Source: Candidatus Eiseniibacteriota bacterium
GTDB taxonomy: Bacteria > Eisenbacteria > RBG-16-71-46 > JABDJR01
Reading direction: 5' to 3'
DNA: 64,000 nucleotides
Assembly (NCBI GenBank): GCA_963783375.1
Contig: CAWANH010000028.1
Location: forward strand, 1,536,001-1,600,000
Part shown: positions 42,618 through 53,280 of the stretch, piece by piece
Position numbering within the stretch: the first letter of the stretch is position 1
Layout: every line of letters begins with the position of its first letter
Made by a program: the position numbers and the translations under genes
Notes under the pieces: generated by a model
Seen by the model: the letters and a program-made list of their open reading frames with translations, nothing else
Database searches by the model: none
What the model was told of the DNA's origin: nothing

Positions 42618-43930
42618 GCAGTATCGATGAAACCCAGGTGGATCGCGAGTACCGCTTCGATTCCATCGAGGACGCGCTGGCCGACCTGAAGCAGGGGAAG
42701 ATGGTGGTGGTCCTCGACGACGAGGACCGGGAGAACGAGGGCGACGTGGTGTGCGCGGCCGAGACCATCACCCCCGCCCACGTGAACTTCATCATCCGGG
42801 AGGCGCGGGGGCTCCTGTGCGTGCCCATGTCCGCGGAACGGCTTGCCCATCTGGGCCTGGATCCCATGGTGCGGGACAACACCGCCCCGATGGGGACCTC
42901 CTTCACCGTCTCGGTGGACGCGATCCGCGGCTGCACTACCGGAATCAGCGCCCAGGACCGCGCGATCACCATCCGCGCCCTGGCCGACGAGCGCACCCGG
43001 CCCGAGGACCTCGCCCGCCCCGGGCACGTGTTTCCGCTCCGCGCCGCGTCCGGGGGGGTGCTCCGCCGCACCGGGCACACCGAGGCGGTGGTGGACCTGA
43101 TGAACCTGGCCGGCATGAAACCGGTGGGCGCGCTCTGCGAGATCCTGGACGAGGACGGCACCATGGCCCGGCCGCCCTACCTGGCGCGGTTCGCCCGGAA
43201 GCACGGACTCCGGCTGATCCGGATCGCCGACCTCATCGACTACCGCTTCCGCAAGGACCGCCTGGTCCGCCGCATCACCACCACCCGGCTTCCCACCAAG
43301 CACGGCTCCTTCGATCTCCACCTCTACCGGAGCGTGGCCGAGGACCAGGACCACCTCGCCCTCACCAAGGGGGACGTGTCCGACGGGAAACCGGCGCTGG
43401 TGCGCGTCCACTCCTCGTGCCTGACCGGCGACATCCTGGGGTCGAAGCGATGCGATTGCGGGGATCAGACCGCCGAGGCCCTGCGCCAGATCGAGGCCGA
43501 GGGTCGCGGAGTCTTCCTGTACATGATGCAGGAGGGGCGGGGAATCGGCCTGGCCAACAAGGTCCTGACCTATGCTCTCCAGGACGAAGGACTGGACACG
43601 GTGGAGGCGAACCTCCACCTGGGCTTCAAACCGGACGAGCGCCACTACGGGGTGGCCGCGCAGATCCTGAGCGATCTCGGGGTGCGCGAGGTGCGCCTCC
43701 TCACCAACAACCCGGCCAAGACCCAGGGTCTGGATCGGATCGGGATCAAGGTGGTGGAGCGGGTGCCCCTGGTGGTGGGAACCAATCCAGCCAACGAACG
43801 CTATCTGGCCACCAAACGTGAGAAGATGGGACACTTGCTGGACTTATCCGAGGTGATGCGGGAGGCGGAGAGGCCGGCCGAGAGCTCCGGGAACGGAGAG
43901 GCCCGGCCACGGAGGAACGGACATGAATGA
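42614..43930 (+). CDS. ribBA: Bifunctional DHBP synthase / GTP cyclohydrolase II
   Basis: DDEDRENEGD, RPGHVFPL, GHTEA; RVHSSCLTGD..GSKRCDC, QEGRGIG, LLTNNP. Confidence 0.97.
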   Translation: MSSIDETQVDREYRFDSIEDALADLKQGKMVVVLDDEDRENEGDVVCAAETITPAHVNFIIREARGLLCVPMSAERLAHLGLDPMVRDNTAPMGTSFTVSVDAIRGCTTGISAQDRAITIRALADERTRPEDLARPGHVFPLRAASGGVLRRTGHTEAVVDLMNLAGMKPVGALCEILDEDGTMARPPYLARFARKHGLRLIRIADLIDYRFRKDRLVRRITTTRLPTKHGSFDLHLYRSVAEDQDHLALTKGDVSDGKPALVRVHSSCLTGDILGSKRCDCGDQTAEALRQIEAEGRGVFLYMMQEGRGIGLANKVLTYALQDEGLDTVEANLHLGFKPDERHYGVAAQILSDLGVREVRLLTNNPAKTQGLDRIGIKVVERVPLVVGTNPANERYLATKREKMGHLLDLSEVMREAERPAESSGNGEARPRRNGHE

Positions 43931-44510
43931 GTACAAGGGCTCGTTGGACGCGTCGGGGAAGCGGTTCGCGGTGATCGCGGGGCGTTTCAACGAGAGCTTC
44001 ACCGGCAACCTGGTGAACGGGGCGGTGGATTGCCTGGGTCGGTTGGGGGCGGACGAGGAGGAGGTGGACCTCTACTGGGTCCCCGGATCCTTCGAGTTGG
44101 CCCACGCCGCGCGGGGGGCGGCGACGAGCGGTCGCTACGACGCGGTCATCGCGCTGGGGGTCCTCATCCGGGGCTCCACCCCGCACTTCGACCTGGTGGC
44201 CGGGGAGACCATACGCGGGTTGTCCGCGGTCGGCCGCGACACCGGTGTTCCCACGATGTTCGGGGTGGTGACCGCGGACACCCTGGAGCAGGCGGCGGAG
44301 CGGTGCGGCTCGAAGATGGGGAACCGGGGGTGGGATGCCGCCTCGGCCGCGGTGGAGATGGTGAACCTCGGGGAGGCGTTCGGAGGCTGGGGATCGCCCG
44401 CGGCGGAGGAGCCGGTTCACGCTCACGCGGAGGCGGCGCCGGCCAAGTCCGCCAAACGGGGCGGGCGCCGGCGGGCGACGACCGGCGGGAAGCGTGACGG
44501 TTCCCGCTAA
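43923..44510 (+). CDS. ribH: 6,7-dimethyl-8-ribityllumazine synthase
   Basis: RFN, VPGSFEL, LGVLIRGSTPHFD, FGVVT; low-complexity C-terminal extension. Confidence 0.96.
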   Translation: MNEYKGSLDASGKRFAVIAGRFNESFTGNLVNGAVDCLGRLGADEEEVDLYWVPGSFELAHAARGAATSGRYDAVIALGVLIRGSTPHFDLVAGETIRGLSAVGRDTGVPTMFGVVTADTLEQAAERCGSKMGNRGWDAASAAVEMVNLGEAFGGWGSPAAEEPVHAHAEAAPAKSAKRGGRRRATTGGKRDGSR

Positions 44511-45006
44511 GGGGCCGGTCCGGCCGCCGCATCCGGGAAGCCACGGGCCGCGCCGCCGGGCGCGGGTGGCCTGCGTGCGGGCTCTCTATCGGGCCGAGGT
44601 GGTGGGGGATGCCCCGGCCGAGCTGGCCCGGGAGCTGGCCTCGGAGGAGACGATCACCGGAGAGATCCGGGACTACGCGCACCGGTTGATATCGCTGGTG
44701 GTCGAGCACGCCGAGGAGATCGACCGGATCCTGAGCGAGGCGCTGGTGCGGTGGGACCTCAAACGGCTGGCGGTGACCGACCGGTGCGTGCTTCGCATGG
44801 GTGCGGCGGAGCTCTTGTACGAGCCCGAGCTCCCCACCCGGATCATCCTCGACGAGGCGATCGAGATTGCCAAACGGTACGGCTCGGGGGAGTCGGGCCG
44901 GTTCGTGAACGGGGTCCTGGACCGGGTGGCCCGGGAAGGGCGGGGCGATGCCGGCGGGACGGACGCCCTGGATGCGCCGGGTGAGGTGGATGAGCGGGGT
45001 GAGTAG
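44494..45006 (+). CDS. nusB: Transcription antitermination factor NusB
   Basis: RRRARV..ALY, DRCVLRMG, DEAIEIAKRYG, FVNGVLD; conserved position after ribH. Confidence 0.95.
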   Translation: MTVPAKGPVRPPHPGSHGPRRRARVACVRALYRAEVVGDAPAELARELASEETITGEIRDYAHRLISLVVEHAEEIDRILSEALVRWDLKRLAVTDRCVLRMGAAELLYEPELPTRIILDEAIEIAKRYGSGESGRFVNGVLDRVAREGRGDAGGTDALDAPGEVDERGE

Positions 45007-45163
45007 GCCGGGCTGGGTTACGATTGGAAATTAAGCAGTTGAAATACACGACTCCATTGGTCAAGAATCATGTTGTCATGATCCGGGTCCGGCCCAGGAC
45101 ACCCACCGCCGACACACTCGCGCCGTCCCGCCGCATCAAAGCTCTCCGTCCGGAGGTTCATCG

Positions 45164-45898
45164 TTGAAGACGGCATTCATTTCCGACATTCACGCCAACC
45201 TGGACGCCCTGGATCTGGTGCTGGCGGATATCCAGGCGCGGGGGGCGGACCGGATCGTGTGCCTGGGGGATATCGTGGGCTACGGGCCCGAACCCAACGA
45301 ATGCGCGGGGCGGGTGCGCGAGGCGGCCCAGGTCACCGTGGTCGGGAACCACGATTACGCCGCCCTCGGGCTCCTGGACACCCTCGCTTTCAACGAGTAC
45401 GCGCGGGCCGCCGCCGACTGGACCAGCGATCACCTCTCCGAGGCCGCGCGTGATTTTCTATTGATGCTTCCGCTTTCCCTGGAGCTGGACGGCATGCGCC
45501 TGGTGCATGCCAGTCCCCAGGAGCCCGAGGCCTGGACCTATGTGCTCTCATTCCACGAAGCCGAGCGTCAGTTCGAGGCGTTCGAGGAGAAGCTCTGCTT
45601 CATCGGCCACTCTCACCTCCCGGTGGTGATCGAGATGGGGGAGGAGCTGGAAGCTCTTCAGTACCCCGCCGACGGGGCGGGGCTCTCCCTCGATCCCGAT
45701 CGCCGCTACATCGTGAACGTGGGGAGCGTGGGCCAGCCGCGGGACCGCGATCCCCGCGCGGGCTACGCGATCTACGACGACGCGGTCCATGAGGTCTCGC
45801 TTCACCGGGTCGAGTACCCGGTCGCGGTGGTGCAGGAGAAGATCGTGGCCGCAGGGCTGCCGCCGTTTCTGGCCATGAGGTTGGCCGCGGGGATGTAA
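45164..45898 (+). CDS. Calcineurin-like metallophosphoesterase
   Basis: SDIHAN, LGDIVGYG, GNHD, HASP, GHSH, NVGSVGQPRD. Confidence 0.92.
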   Translation: MKTAFISDIHANLDALDLVLADIQARGADRIVCLGDIVGYGPEPNECAGRVREAAQVTVVGNHDYAALGLLDTLAFNEYARAAADWTSDHLSEAARDFLLMLPLSLELDGMRLVHASPQEPEAWTYVLSFHEAERQFEAFEEKLCFIGHSHLPVVIEMGEELEALQYPADGAGLSLDPDRRYIVNVGSVGQPRDRDPRAGYAIYDDAVHEVSLHRVEYPVAVVQEKIVAAGLPPFLAMRLAAGM

Positions 45899-46080
45899 CG
45901 CCCGGCATGGCCCATGGGCGGTGCCCGTTCGTCTCGGCGCTCGGCAAGGGACCACCGTTCGCCGGTCATGGGACGGTGCCCGCCCTCATCGAGGGGCTCC
46001 CCTGGCCGCGGGCTCGACCCAACCCCGACGCTCGTAGCCCTCAAAGGCCCTCCGATGTCGATCGGGCGCCGGACCCGTCC

Positions 46081-46164
46081 CGCCTTGCTGGTCGTCGCGG
46101 CCCCGGGTACACAAGAGTCGTCCGCCTTGCTGGTCGTCGCGGCCCAGGGTGCACGGGGGTCGTC
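46081..46164. repeat. 42-bp tandem duplication
   Basis: CGCCTTGCTGGTCGTCGCGGCCC... units at 46081 and 46123. Confidence 0.8.
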
Positions 46165-46208
46165 CGCCGGAACGGTGATCCGGTCTCCCCGGGTCGGTTC
46201 GCCCGCGG

Positions 46209-46602
46209 GGTCGCACTAAAGAATTTATTGCGAACATTGCTTCCCCGGGGAAGCACGAAGACAGCCACACGCGCATATCTTGGTACACCCGGGTGAACTC
46301 CGGGTTCGCCCGGATGTGCGGCATCTCCGCGTCCGGGGGTGGGCCGGCTCGGGACAATCACGCGCTCGACGGCTGAACGCGCGCGGGCACCACTTTGCGA
46401 CCCATTTATTGCGAACATTGCTTCCCCGGGGAAGCACGGGTACACCCGGGGGAACTTCGGGGCCGCGTCCGTGGGGTGATCCGGGGCGGACGGGCCGCCT
46501 GTCACCAGGCCGCCTCGTCCTCGGGGTCGCACTAAAGACTTTATCGCGAACCTTTTGCACCCGGGTGCACCCGGGTGACCATCGGATGCCGTCCGGGTGA
46601 AC
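46209..46602 (-). repeat. Second copy of the mosaic palindromic array family (3 units, reverse orientation)
   Basis: On -: GTGCACCCGGGTGCAAAAGGTTCGCGATAAAGTCTTTAGTGCGAC, two TGCTTCCCCGGGGAAGCAATGTTCGCAATAA cores and linker-A sequence CGCGCGTTCAGCCGTCGAGCGCGTGA. Confidence 0.92.
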
Positions 46603-46630
46603 TCCCCGAGCCCATGCCGACGGATCCGAA

Positions 46631-47881
46631 CTAGGTCCCCGCGCTCGGGTCCACCACCCGCCCCAGGAACAGGATGCTCCCCGTCACGTTGTCCCGGATC
46701 AGGAACAGGAACGGATGGTCGGCCCGGAACTCGGGGGGAAGGCTGGTCCGGTCGATCACCACCGCGGTGGCGGCGGCGGCCTCGGTGCCCTCCTCGTCCA
46801 CCGTCACGAACGCCTTGTGGTAGGCGTCGCTGATGAAAAGGCCTCCGCCCCCGTTCATCCCCGAGAAGTCCGCACCGGGGCCGAACGCGATCGGCATCCC
46901 CAAGGCCGAGAGGGTCTGCTTGAGCTTGAACTTCGAGGTCATCGTGAACTTGGGGAGATAGACCTCGATCTCGGTGTCGTGCATCGAGCCGAGCCAGAGA
47001 TCCAGGTCTTCGGGGGTGAGACGGCTCTCCAGGTCGGTCAGCCCGTTCCCGGCGCTCGGAAGCAGCACGATCATCGAGAGATCACGCCCCTGGTAGGGAA
47101 GCTCGAGGAGCTTCACCCCCTGGGCGTATCCGACCGCGAACGTCTGCTTCTGGTGCATGATCGGAACGGTGACGTCGTTGCCGGCCGCCACGTGGAAAGG
47201 GGCGTCCTCGGTCTTGGCCGCGTCGAAGCGCGCCGCCCAGTTCCCCTTGAAGTAGATCGCGTTGGTGAGGACCAGGGTCGTGTTCGGGGTGATCGAGTTC
47301 TCCGGGAGCAGATCCTTGATGCGATCCTCGGTCCGGTCCTCCACCCAGGTGTTGATGTGACGGCGGGAGCCTTCGGGGTCCGCGCCGAAGTCCAGCCGCT
47401 CCAGATAGGCGGCGTAGTGATCGCGGGTGAGCGCCAGGTAGGCGTCGAGGAAGCCGTATCCTTCCTGGCCGAACAGGCGGTTGGCCAGGTTCAGCCGGTA
47501 CCCGTCAAAGCCCATCCCGGTGTCCAGGCTCGTGAGGAGCGCCCCGAACACCGGATGGAGCCGGTCCTGATCCAGGGGGAACCGGAACACCGCGGCCATC
47601 TCCGACTCGGTCTCGCCCCGCGCTCCGCCATAGGTCATGGCGAAGGCGGTGGAGATGCTGAACGGCGAGAGGAAGAGGTTGCCGTCGTCCACTTTGGCGA
47701 GCCGGTGGTAGAGGTCCAACGCAAACGTGTTGTTCCCCCGCACCAGGTCCGAGGCTTCGCCGCGGAACTCCTCGGGCAATTGGCGCTCGACCATGGGATC
47801 GGGACGGGTGACGGAATCGCCGCATCCCGCTCCGGCCGCGACCACGAAGGAAAATCCGACCAAACCGGTGAGCATTCTCAT
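46631..47881 (-). CDS. Serpin family lipoprotein
   Basis: Lipobox-like GAGC; NLFLSPFSI, INTWVE..T, TNAIYFKGNW, LPKF, hinge EEGTEAAAAT, FRADHPFLFLIR. Confidence 0.96.
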   Translation of the reverse strand: MRMLTGLVGFSFVVAAGAGCGDSVTRPDPMVERQLPEEFRGEASDLVRGNNTFALDLYHRLAKVDDGNLFLSPFSISTAFAMTYGGARGETESEMAAVFRFPLDQDRLHPVFGALLTSLDTGMGFDGYRLNLANRLFGQEGYGFLDAYLALTRDHYAAYLERLDFGADPEGSRRHINTWVEDRTEDRIKDLLPENSITPNTTLVLTNAIYFKGNWAARFDAAKTEDAPFHVAAGNDVTVPIMHQKQTFAVGYAQGVKLLELPYQGRDLSMIVLLPSAGNGLTDLESRLTPEDLDLWLGSMHDTEIEVYLPKFTMTSKFKLKQTLSALGMPIAFGPGADFSGMNGGGGLFISDAYHKAFVTVDEEGTEAAAATAVVIDRTSLPPEFRADHPFLFLIRDNVTGSILFLGRVVDPSAGT

Positions 47882-48061
47882 CTTTCACCCCCATGAACTG
47901 CGGCCGAATTCACTACAGCCCGAACCGTCCCTCACGAAAACACGGAACGGGGTACGGAGGTTCCAGCCCGGTGCGTACACCAACTTCGTGAACCGGCCGG
48001 GTCGAGCCCCCGTCCGGTTCGAACGGCGCCCGCCGCGTGGGCGGGCGCCCCCCGTTCCTTC

Positions 48062-50951
48062 TCAGTTGCCCCGCTTGAGCTGCGGGTAGTCCTGGTCCGG
48101 TTCCCACTTCGGGCGTACGTCGTCGCGCCACTGGGGCTTGTCGCCCCGCGGCCAGAGCCTCCAGGCGGTCTCGGTGAGGCCGACCAGCTCCTCCACGTCC
48201 TCGCGCCCACCCAGCTCGCGCCCGGCTTCCTTGGCCAGGCCGACCACGCCGGCCAGGTCCCCGTCCTTGGCCCAGTAGGAGTGGCGGAGGATCTCCGCGA
48301 ACTCCGCCGCCGCCGCGTCCATGCGGAAGGTCGGGTCGGCGTCGCGAAGCCGCCGCTCCACCTCGGAGAGCCGGAGGCCCCGCACCTCCTCGGTCACCTT
48401 GCCGGTCTCGGGATCCTCGTAGCGGATCCGGACCGTGGCCAGGTCGCGGGTGCGTGGGTTCTTCTCCAGCTTCACCTCGAAGAGCGCGGTCACCTCGTGG
48501 CCGGCGCCGACTTCCCCCGCGTCCACCTTGTCGTTCCGGAAATCCTTGTCGGCCACGTCGCGGTTCTCGTAGCCCAGGAGCCGGTAGCGGCGGACGGTGC
48601 CGGGGTCGAACTCGACCTGGATCTTCACCTGGCGGGCGATGGTCTGGAGCGTCCCGGTCAGGTTCTCCACGAACACGCGCCGGGCCTCGCGGATGTCGTC
48701 CACGTAGTAGTAGTTCCCATCCCCCTGGTCGGCCAGCTGCTCCATGAGAACGTCGTTGTAGTTCCCCATGCCGAAGCCGACCGCGGTCAGCTCGATCCCC
48801 TTCCGGGCCTCGGCCTTGATCTCGGCGAGGATGGTCCCGGCGCCGGTGTTGCCCACGTTGGCCACCCCGTCCGAGCAGAGGATCACCCGGTTGATGGCCC
48901 CACGCCGGAAGGCCCGGTCGGCCATGGCGTAGCCCTGGCGAAGTCCGGCCTCGGCGTTGGTGGCGCCCTCGGGGTGGAGCCCGTCGATGGCCCACTCGAT
49001 CCGCTCGCGGTGAGCGGAGCGAGGTGGGTTCGATCACGGTGCGGGCGTCGGTCCCGTACACCACGATCCCCACCTCGTCGCCGGAGTTCATCTGGTCGAG
49101 CAGGAGATGAAGGGCCCGCTTGGCCAGCCCCAGCCGGTTCTCGCGCCCCATCGATCCCGAGACGTCGATCACGAAGGTCAAGACCGCGGGCTTCCGGTCG
49201 CGGACGTCCACCTCGCGCCCCTTAAGCCCCACCCGCATCAGGGTGAGCCCGGGCCCGAAGGGGGAGGGTGCCGCCTCGAGGTGGATGGCGAAGGTGCCGT
49301 GCTCCGAGGGCGCCCCCGCCCGGTCGGCGAGGAAGTTGCGGTCCGGCGGCGCGTAGTCGTGGCGGAAGGAGTTCACGAACTCCTCCACCCGGATGGCGTC
49401 GGGCGGGGGCAGCTCGCCCCGCTCCAGGTAGGAGCGCGCCATGGAGTACGAGGCGTTGTCCACGTCCACCGCGAAGGTGGCGTAGCGGTCGTCCTCGGGG
49501 TCCACGAAGGGGTTCACCCCGTAGTGCTGGAAGAACATGGAGTCGAAGGCCCGGCCGTTCACCGGGTCGGTGCCGCCCACCGAGATCGGCCAGCGGCCGT
49601 CGGGTGCCGGCGGTGCGCCCGGCCGGAAGCGGTTCGGAGGAACGTCGGCGATGTTGTACTGGACCTCGCCGGCCCGCCCCCCGCGGAAGTGCTTCTTGTC
49701 CGCATCGCTCGTCGCTCCCGACTTGAGCGAGGCGGACTTCTGGAACTCCTCCTCGGTCATGGGTCTCAGGGCGTCGCCCTCGGCGGTGCCGGCAGGTCCG
49801 ACCTCCTTCCGACTGAGATCCTTCGCGCCCACCATCACCGGCTCCATGGTGGCGGCCACGGTTTCCACCAGGGCGAACTTCACGCGAACCTCGCCGCCGC
49901 GGTCCACGCTCACCGTCCGATCCTGGGACGCATAGCCCAGGAAGCTGACCCGGAGGGTGACGTCACCGGCGGGCACGTTCTCGATCGTGAACTCGCCGCG
50001 GCTGTCGGTCATCGCTCCCAGCCTGGTCCCGAGGACCACCACGTTGGCGAACTGCAGGGCCTCACCCTGTTCGCTCGTGATCCGGCCGCGAACGGTGCCG
50101 GTCCCGACCCGCGCGGTGGAACGGGCCTCGGGAGCGGCGCCCCCCGCGCTCACCGGAGCCGGAGTCGGAGCCGGCAGCCCGCGGGCCTTCTCCGCGAAGC
50201 CGCTCGCCGGAGCCGGCGCGGCGCCGCCCTGGTTGTCCGCCAGGTCGCGCACCCGAAGCCGGGGCTTCTTGGCCTCGGCCGACTTCTCCTCTGCCCCCTT
50301 GTCCTTCGCCGCGCGGAGGCTCGCGGGCAGCGAGTCGTCCACCCGCGCGATCTCCGGCCTCACCGGCCGGGGAGGACGGACCTCCTGGCGGCGGTCGGGG
50401 GCCACGGCCACCTCGGGCCCCGCCTCATCGCTTTCCGGTGGCGGGGTGGAAATCCCGCCCTCGGCGGCCGCGGCCACCCCGGTCTTCTTCCTCGCATTTG
50501 AGCCCTCGGCGCTCCGGGCCGCCTCCGGCTTCGAACGCGACGACTCGACTCGTGATACCTCCGGGATGCTGTTTTGAACCTCGGACCGGCTCGCGTCCGC
50601 GGAAAGCGCGCCGTCGCCGCCCTTCGTCGCATCCGAAGGCAGCTTTCCGGGGGCGCCCGCGTCTGCCCGCTCCGGCTCGGCTGCGCTCGGAGCCTGCGCC
50701 ACGGGCAGGGACGATTCCGCCCGCGCCCGGTCCAGCCGTTCGGTCACCGCGCGATCGGCGGGGCCTCGGACGGCCAGGGCCACCGCCACCACCGCGGTCG
50801 CGGCCAGCGCCACCGCGGTTCCGGGCACGCGCCAGCGCCGCCACGCCGGCCGGTGCTTACGGGCGATCACTTCATCGTGGAGCGCGGCCCACACCCGACG
50901 GTCTTCGGCGTCGGTGAGCCGGTCCTGGTGCCGTTCGAATTGCTCTTTCAT
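48062..50951 (-). CDS. Anti-sigma-like membrane protein fused to CarboxypepD_reg-like and YfbK-type VWA/DUF3520 domains; frameshift at about 49010
   Basis: ATGA overlap with the ECF stop; short cytoplasmic part + TM; GRITSEQGEALQFANVVV..TDSRGEF; TFAVDVDNASY, IRVEEFVN, MIDAS DVSGSM, SDG.AN, LLGYENR, DAGEVGAGH. Confidence 0.85.
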
Positions 50952-51526
50952 AGCCTCTGCTCCTGCATGCGGGGGGAGGGAAGCGGGTCGGGGGCGGGCC
51001 CGAGGAGGGCGCGGAGGGCCTCGCGGGCCCGGAACGCGTGCACCCTCGCCGTCGCCTCGCTCACCCCCAGCGCCTCACCCACCTCGCGAAACGAATACCC
51101 CATCCATTCGTGGAGGAGGACCGCGCTCCGCTGTCGTTGCGGAAGCTTGGCCAAAGCCTGCCGCAGCCGGCGCCGCTGGTCGGGATCCGGCTGGGGAAGA
51201 CCCTGGTCGGGTACCGGGTCCCCCTCCAGGGTGTCGGTCTGCTTGAACCGCCCGAGGAACCTGCGCTTCCAGTCCCGGGCGCGGCGGAGGGCGATCCCCG
51301 CCAGCCACGCCTCCAGGCTGCCGTCGCCGCGGTAGCCGCCGATGCCTTTCACCGCGCTGGCATAGGTGTCCTGGAGCACGTCCAGGGCCTCGTCGCGGTT
51401 TCCGACGTGGTAGCTCACCAGGGCGAAGAGGCGTTCCCGGGTGGCGGTGTAGATCTCCCGCCAGGCGGCCTCGTTTCCCTCCGCCGCTCTTCGGGCAAGC
51501 TCGAGGTCGGGATGTGTTGCTTCCAT
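50948..51526 (-). CDS. ECF RNA polymerase sigma factor
   Basis: EALDVLQDTY, SLEAWLAGIA, LPQRQRSAVLL...GYSFREVG..LGVSEATARVHAFRAR. Confidence 0.92.
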   Translation of the reverse strand: MEATHPDLELARRAAEGNEAAWREIYTATRERLFALVSYHVGNRDEALDVLQDTYASAVKGIGGYRGDGSLEAWLAGIALRRARDWKRRFLGRFKQTDTLEGDPVPDQGLPQPDPDQRRRLRQALAKLPQRQRSAVLLHEWMGYSFREVGEALGVSEATARVHAFRAREALRALLGPAPDPLPSPRMQEQRL

Positions 51527-51613
51527 CTCGGTATCTCCGTCCGGCGCCGGCTCGACCCGGAGCTGACCGCTTCGGATCTGGTTCGCGCCTCGTTCCGGGC
51601 GTTCACCGGTAGA

Positions 51614-51641
51614 GTCGCCGGCGGGGGCCGATTCGTTTACA
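51614..51641 (-). promoter_or_regulatory. Putative ECF-type autoregulatory promoter
   Basis: On -: TGTAAAC, 17-nt spacer, CGAC, about 90 nt upstream of the sigma start. Confidence 0.55.
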
Positions 51642-51906
51642 GGAGCTTCGCCTCTTCATACCCCGCCGGAGGGGGTCCCGGCGCCCGGAATCTCCATCCC
51701 ACCGGTAAGGCGTTGGGGTGGAAGGGATTGGCGGCCGACAAAAAGTGCCGCCGGGCGGCGGCATCCTGCCCCGCCGGGGCACAATCCCCTGGTTGGATAT
51801 CGGGGGCCTGTGGGACCATTTCGCCTCGGAGAGCGTTCGCGACCGAAGCCCGTCCACGGTCCGCCGCGCCCGGGCGGGCGCCTCACCCCAACTTCCGCGA
51901 GGCACC

Positions 51907-52518
<612 letters not shown>

Positions 52519-52602
52519 CGTGGACGCGGACCCGGAGGGCCTGGGCCGGGCACGACCGGCGCACCGGTGAGATTCAAAACCCGACAACGGAAACGGAGAC
52601 CC

Positions 52603-53280
52603 ATGGAAGAGAACACCTGGACCGCAGTGGACCGATACTTCGAAGACCTCCTGCTTCCCCCCGATTCCGCGCTCGCGAGCGCGGTCGAAGCCAGCGACGC
52701 CGCCGGGCTCCCGGCCATCCAGGTCTCGCCGGCCCAGGGGAAGTTCCTGTCGCTTCTGGCGCAGGCCTCCGGCGCGCGGTCCGTGCTGGAGATCGGCACC
52801 CTGGGCGGGTACAGCACGATCTGGCTGGCGCGGGGCCTCGCCCCCGGCGGGCGCGTGGTCACCCTGGAAATCGACGCCCGGCACGCCGAGGTGGCGCGGG
52901 CCAATTTCGACCGCGCCGGGCTCTCCGGTACGGTGGAGGTTCGCCTGGGACCGGCGGCGGACACCCTGGCCCGGATGGCGCGCGACGGGGAGGGCCCCTT
53001 CGACCTGGTCTTCATCGACGCCGACAAGCCGGGGTACCCGGAATACCTCGGCGGGGTCCTGAAGCTGGTCCGGCGCGGGAGCCTCATCGTGGCCGACAAC
53101 GTGGTCCGGAAAGGGGCGGTGGCCGATGGGGAGAGCGGGGACGCGAGCGTCGAGGCCGTGCGCCGGTACCTCGAGCTTCTGGCCGCCGAGCCCGGTCTCA
53201 GCACCACCGCGATCCAGACCGTGGGCCGGAAGGGCTACGACGGGTTTGCCATCAGCCGGGTCATCGCCGAGCCGGCATGA
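52603..53280 (+). CDS. O-methyltransferase (caffeoyl-CoA/COMT type)
   Basis: QGKFL, LEIGTLGGYS, FIDADK, ADNVV, KGYDGF. Confidence 0.93.
   Translation: MEENTWTAVDRYFEDLLLPPDSALASAVEASDAAGLPAIQVSPAQGKFLSLLAQASGARSVLEIGTLGGYSTIWLARGLAPGGRVVTLEIDARHAEVARANFDRAGLSGTVEVRLGPAADTLARMARDGEGPFDLVFIDADKPGYPEYLGGVLKLVRRGSLIVADNVVRKGAVADGESGDASVEAVRRYLELLAAEPGLSTTAIQTVGRKGYDGFAISRVIAEPA

Noticed and set aside
45907-46600. Short ORFs between the phosphoesterase and the serpin
   Set aside because: They are translations of the second array and the 42-bp duplication, with no RBS or family motifs.
48990-49030. Programmed ribosomal frameshift in the VWA gene
   Set aside because: No slippery heptamer is evident, and similar breaks occur in many unrelated genes, so sequencing error is more likely.
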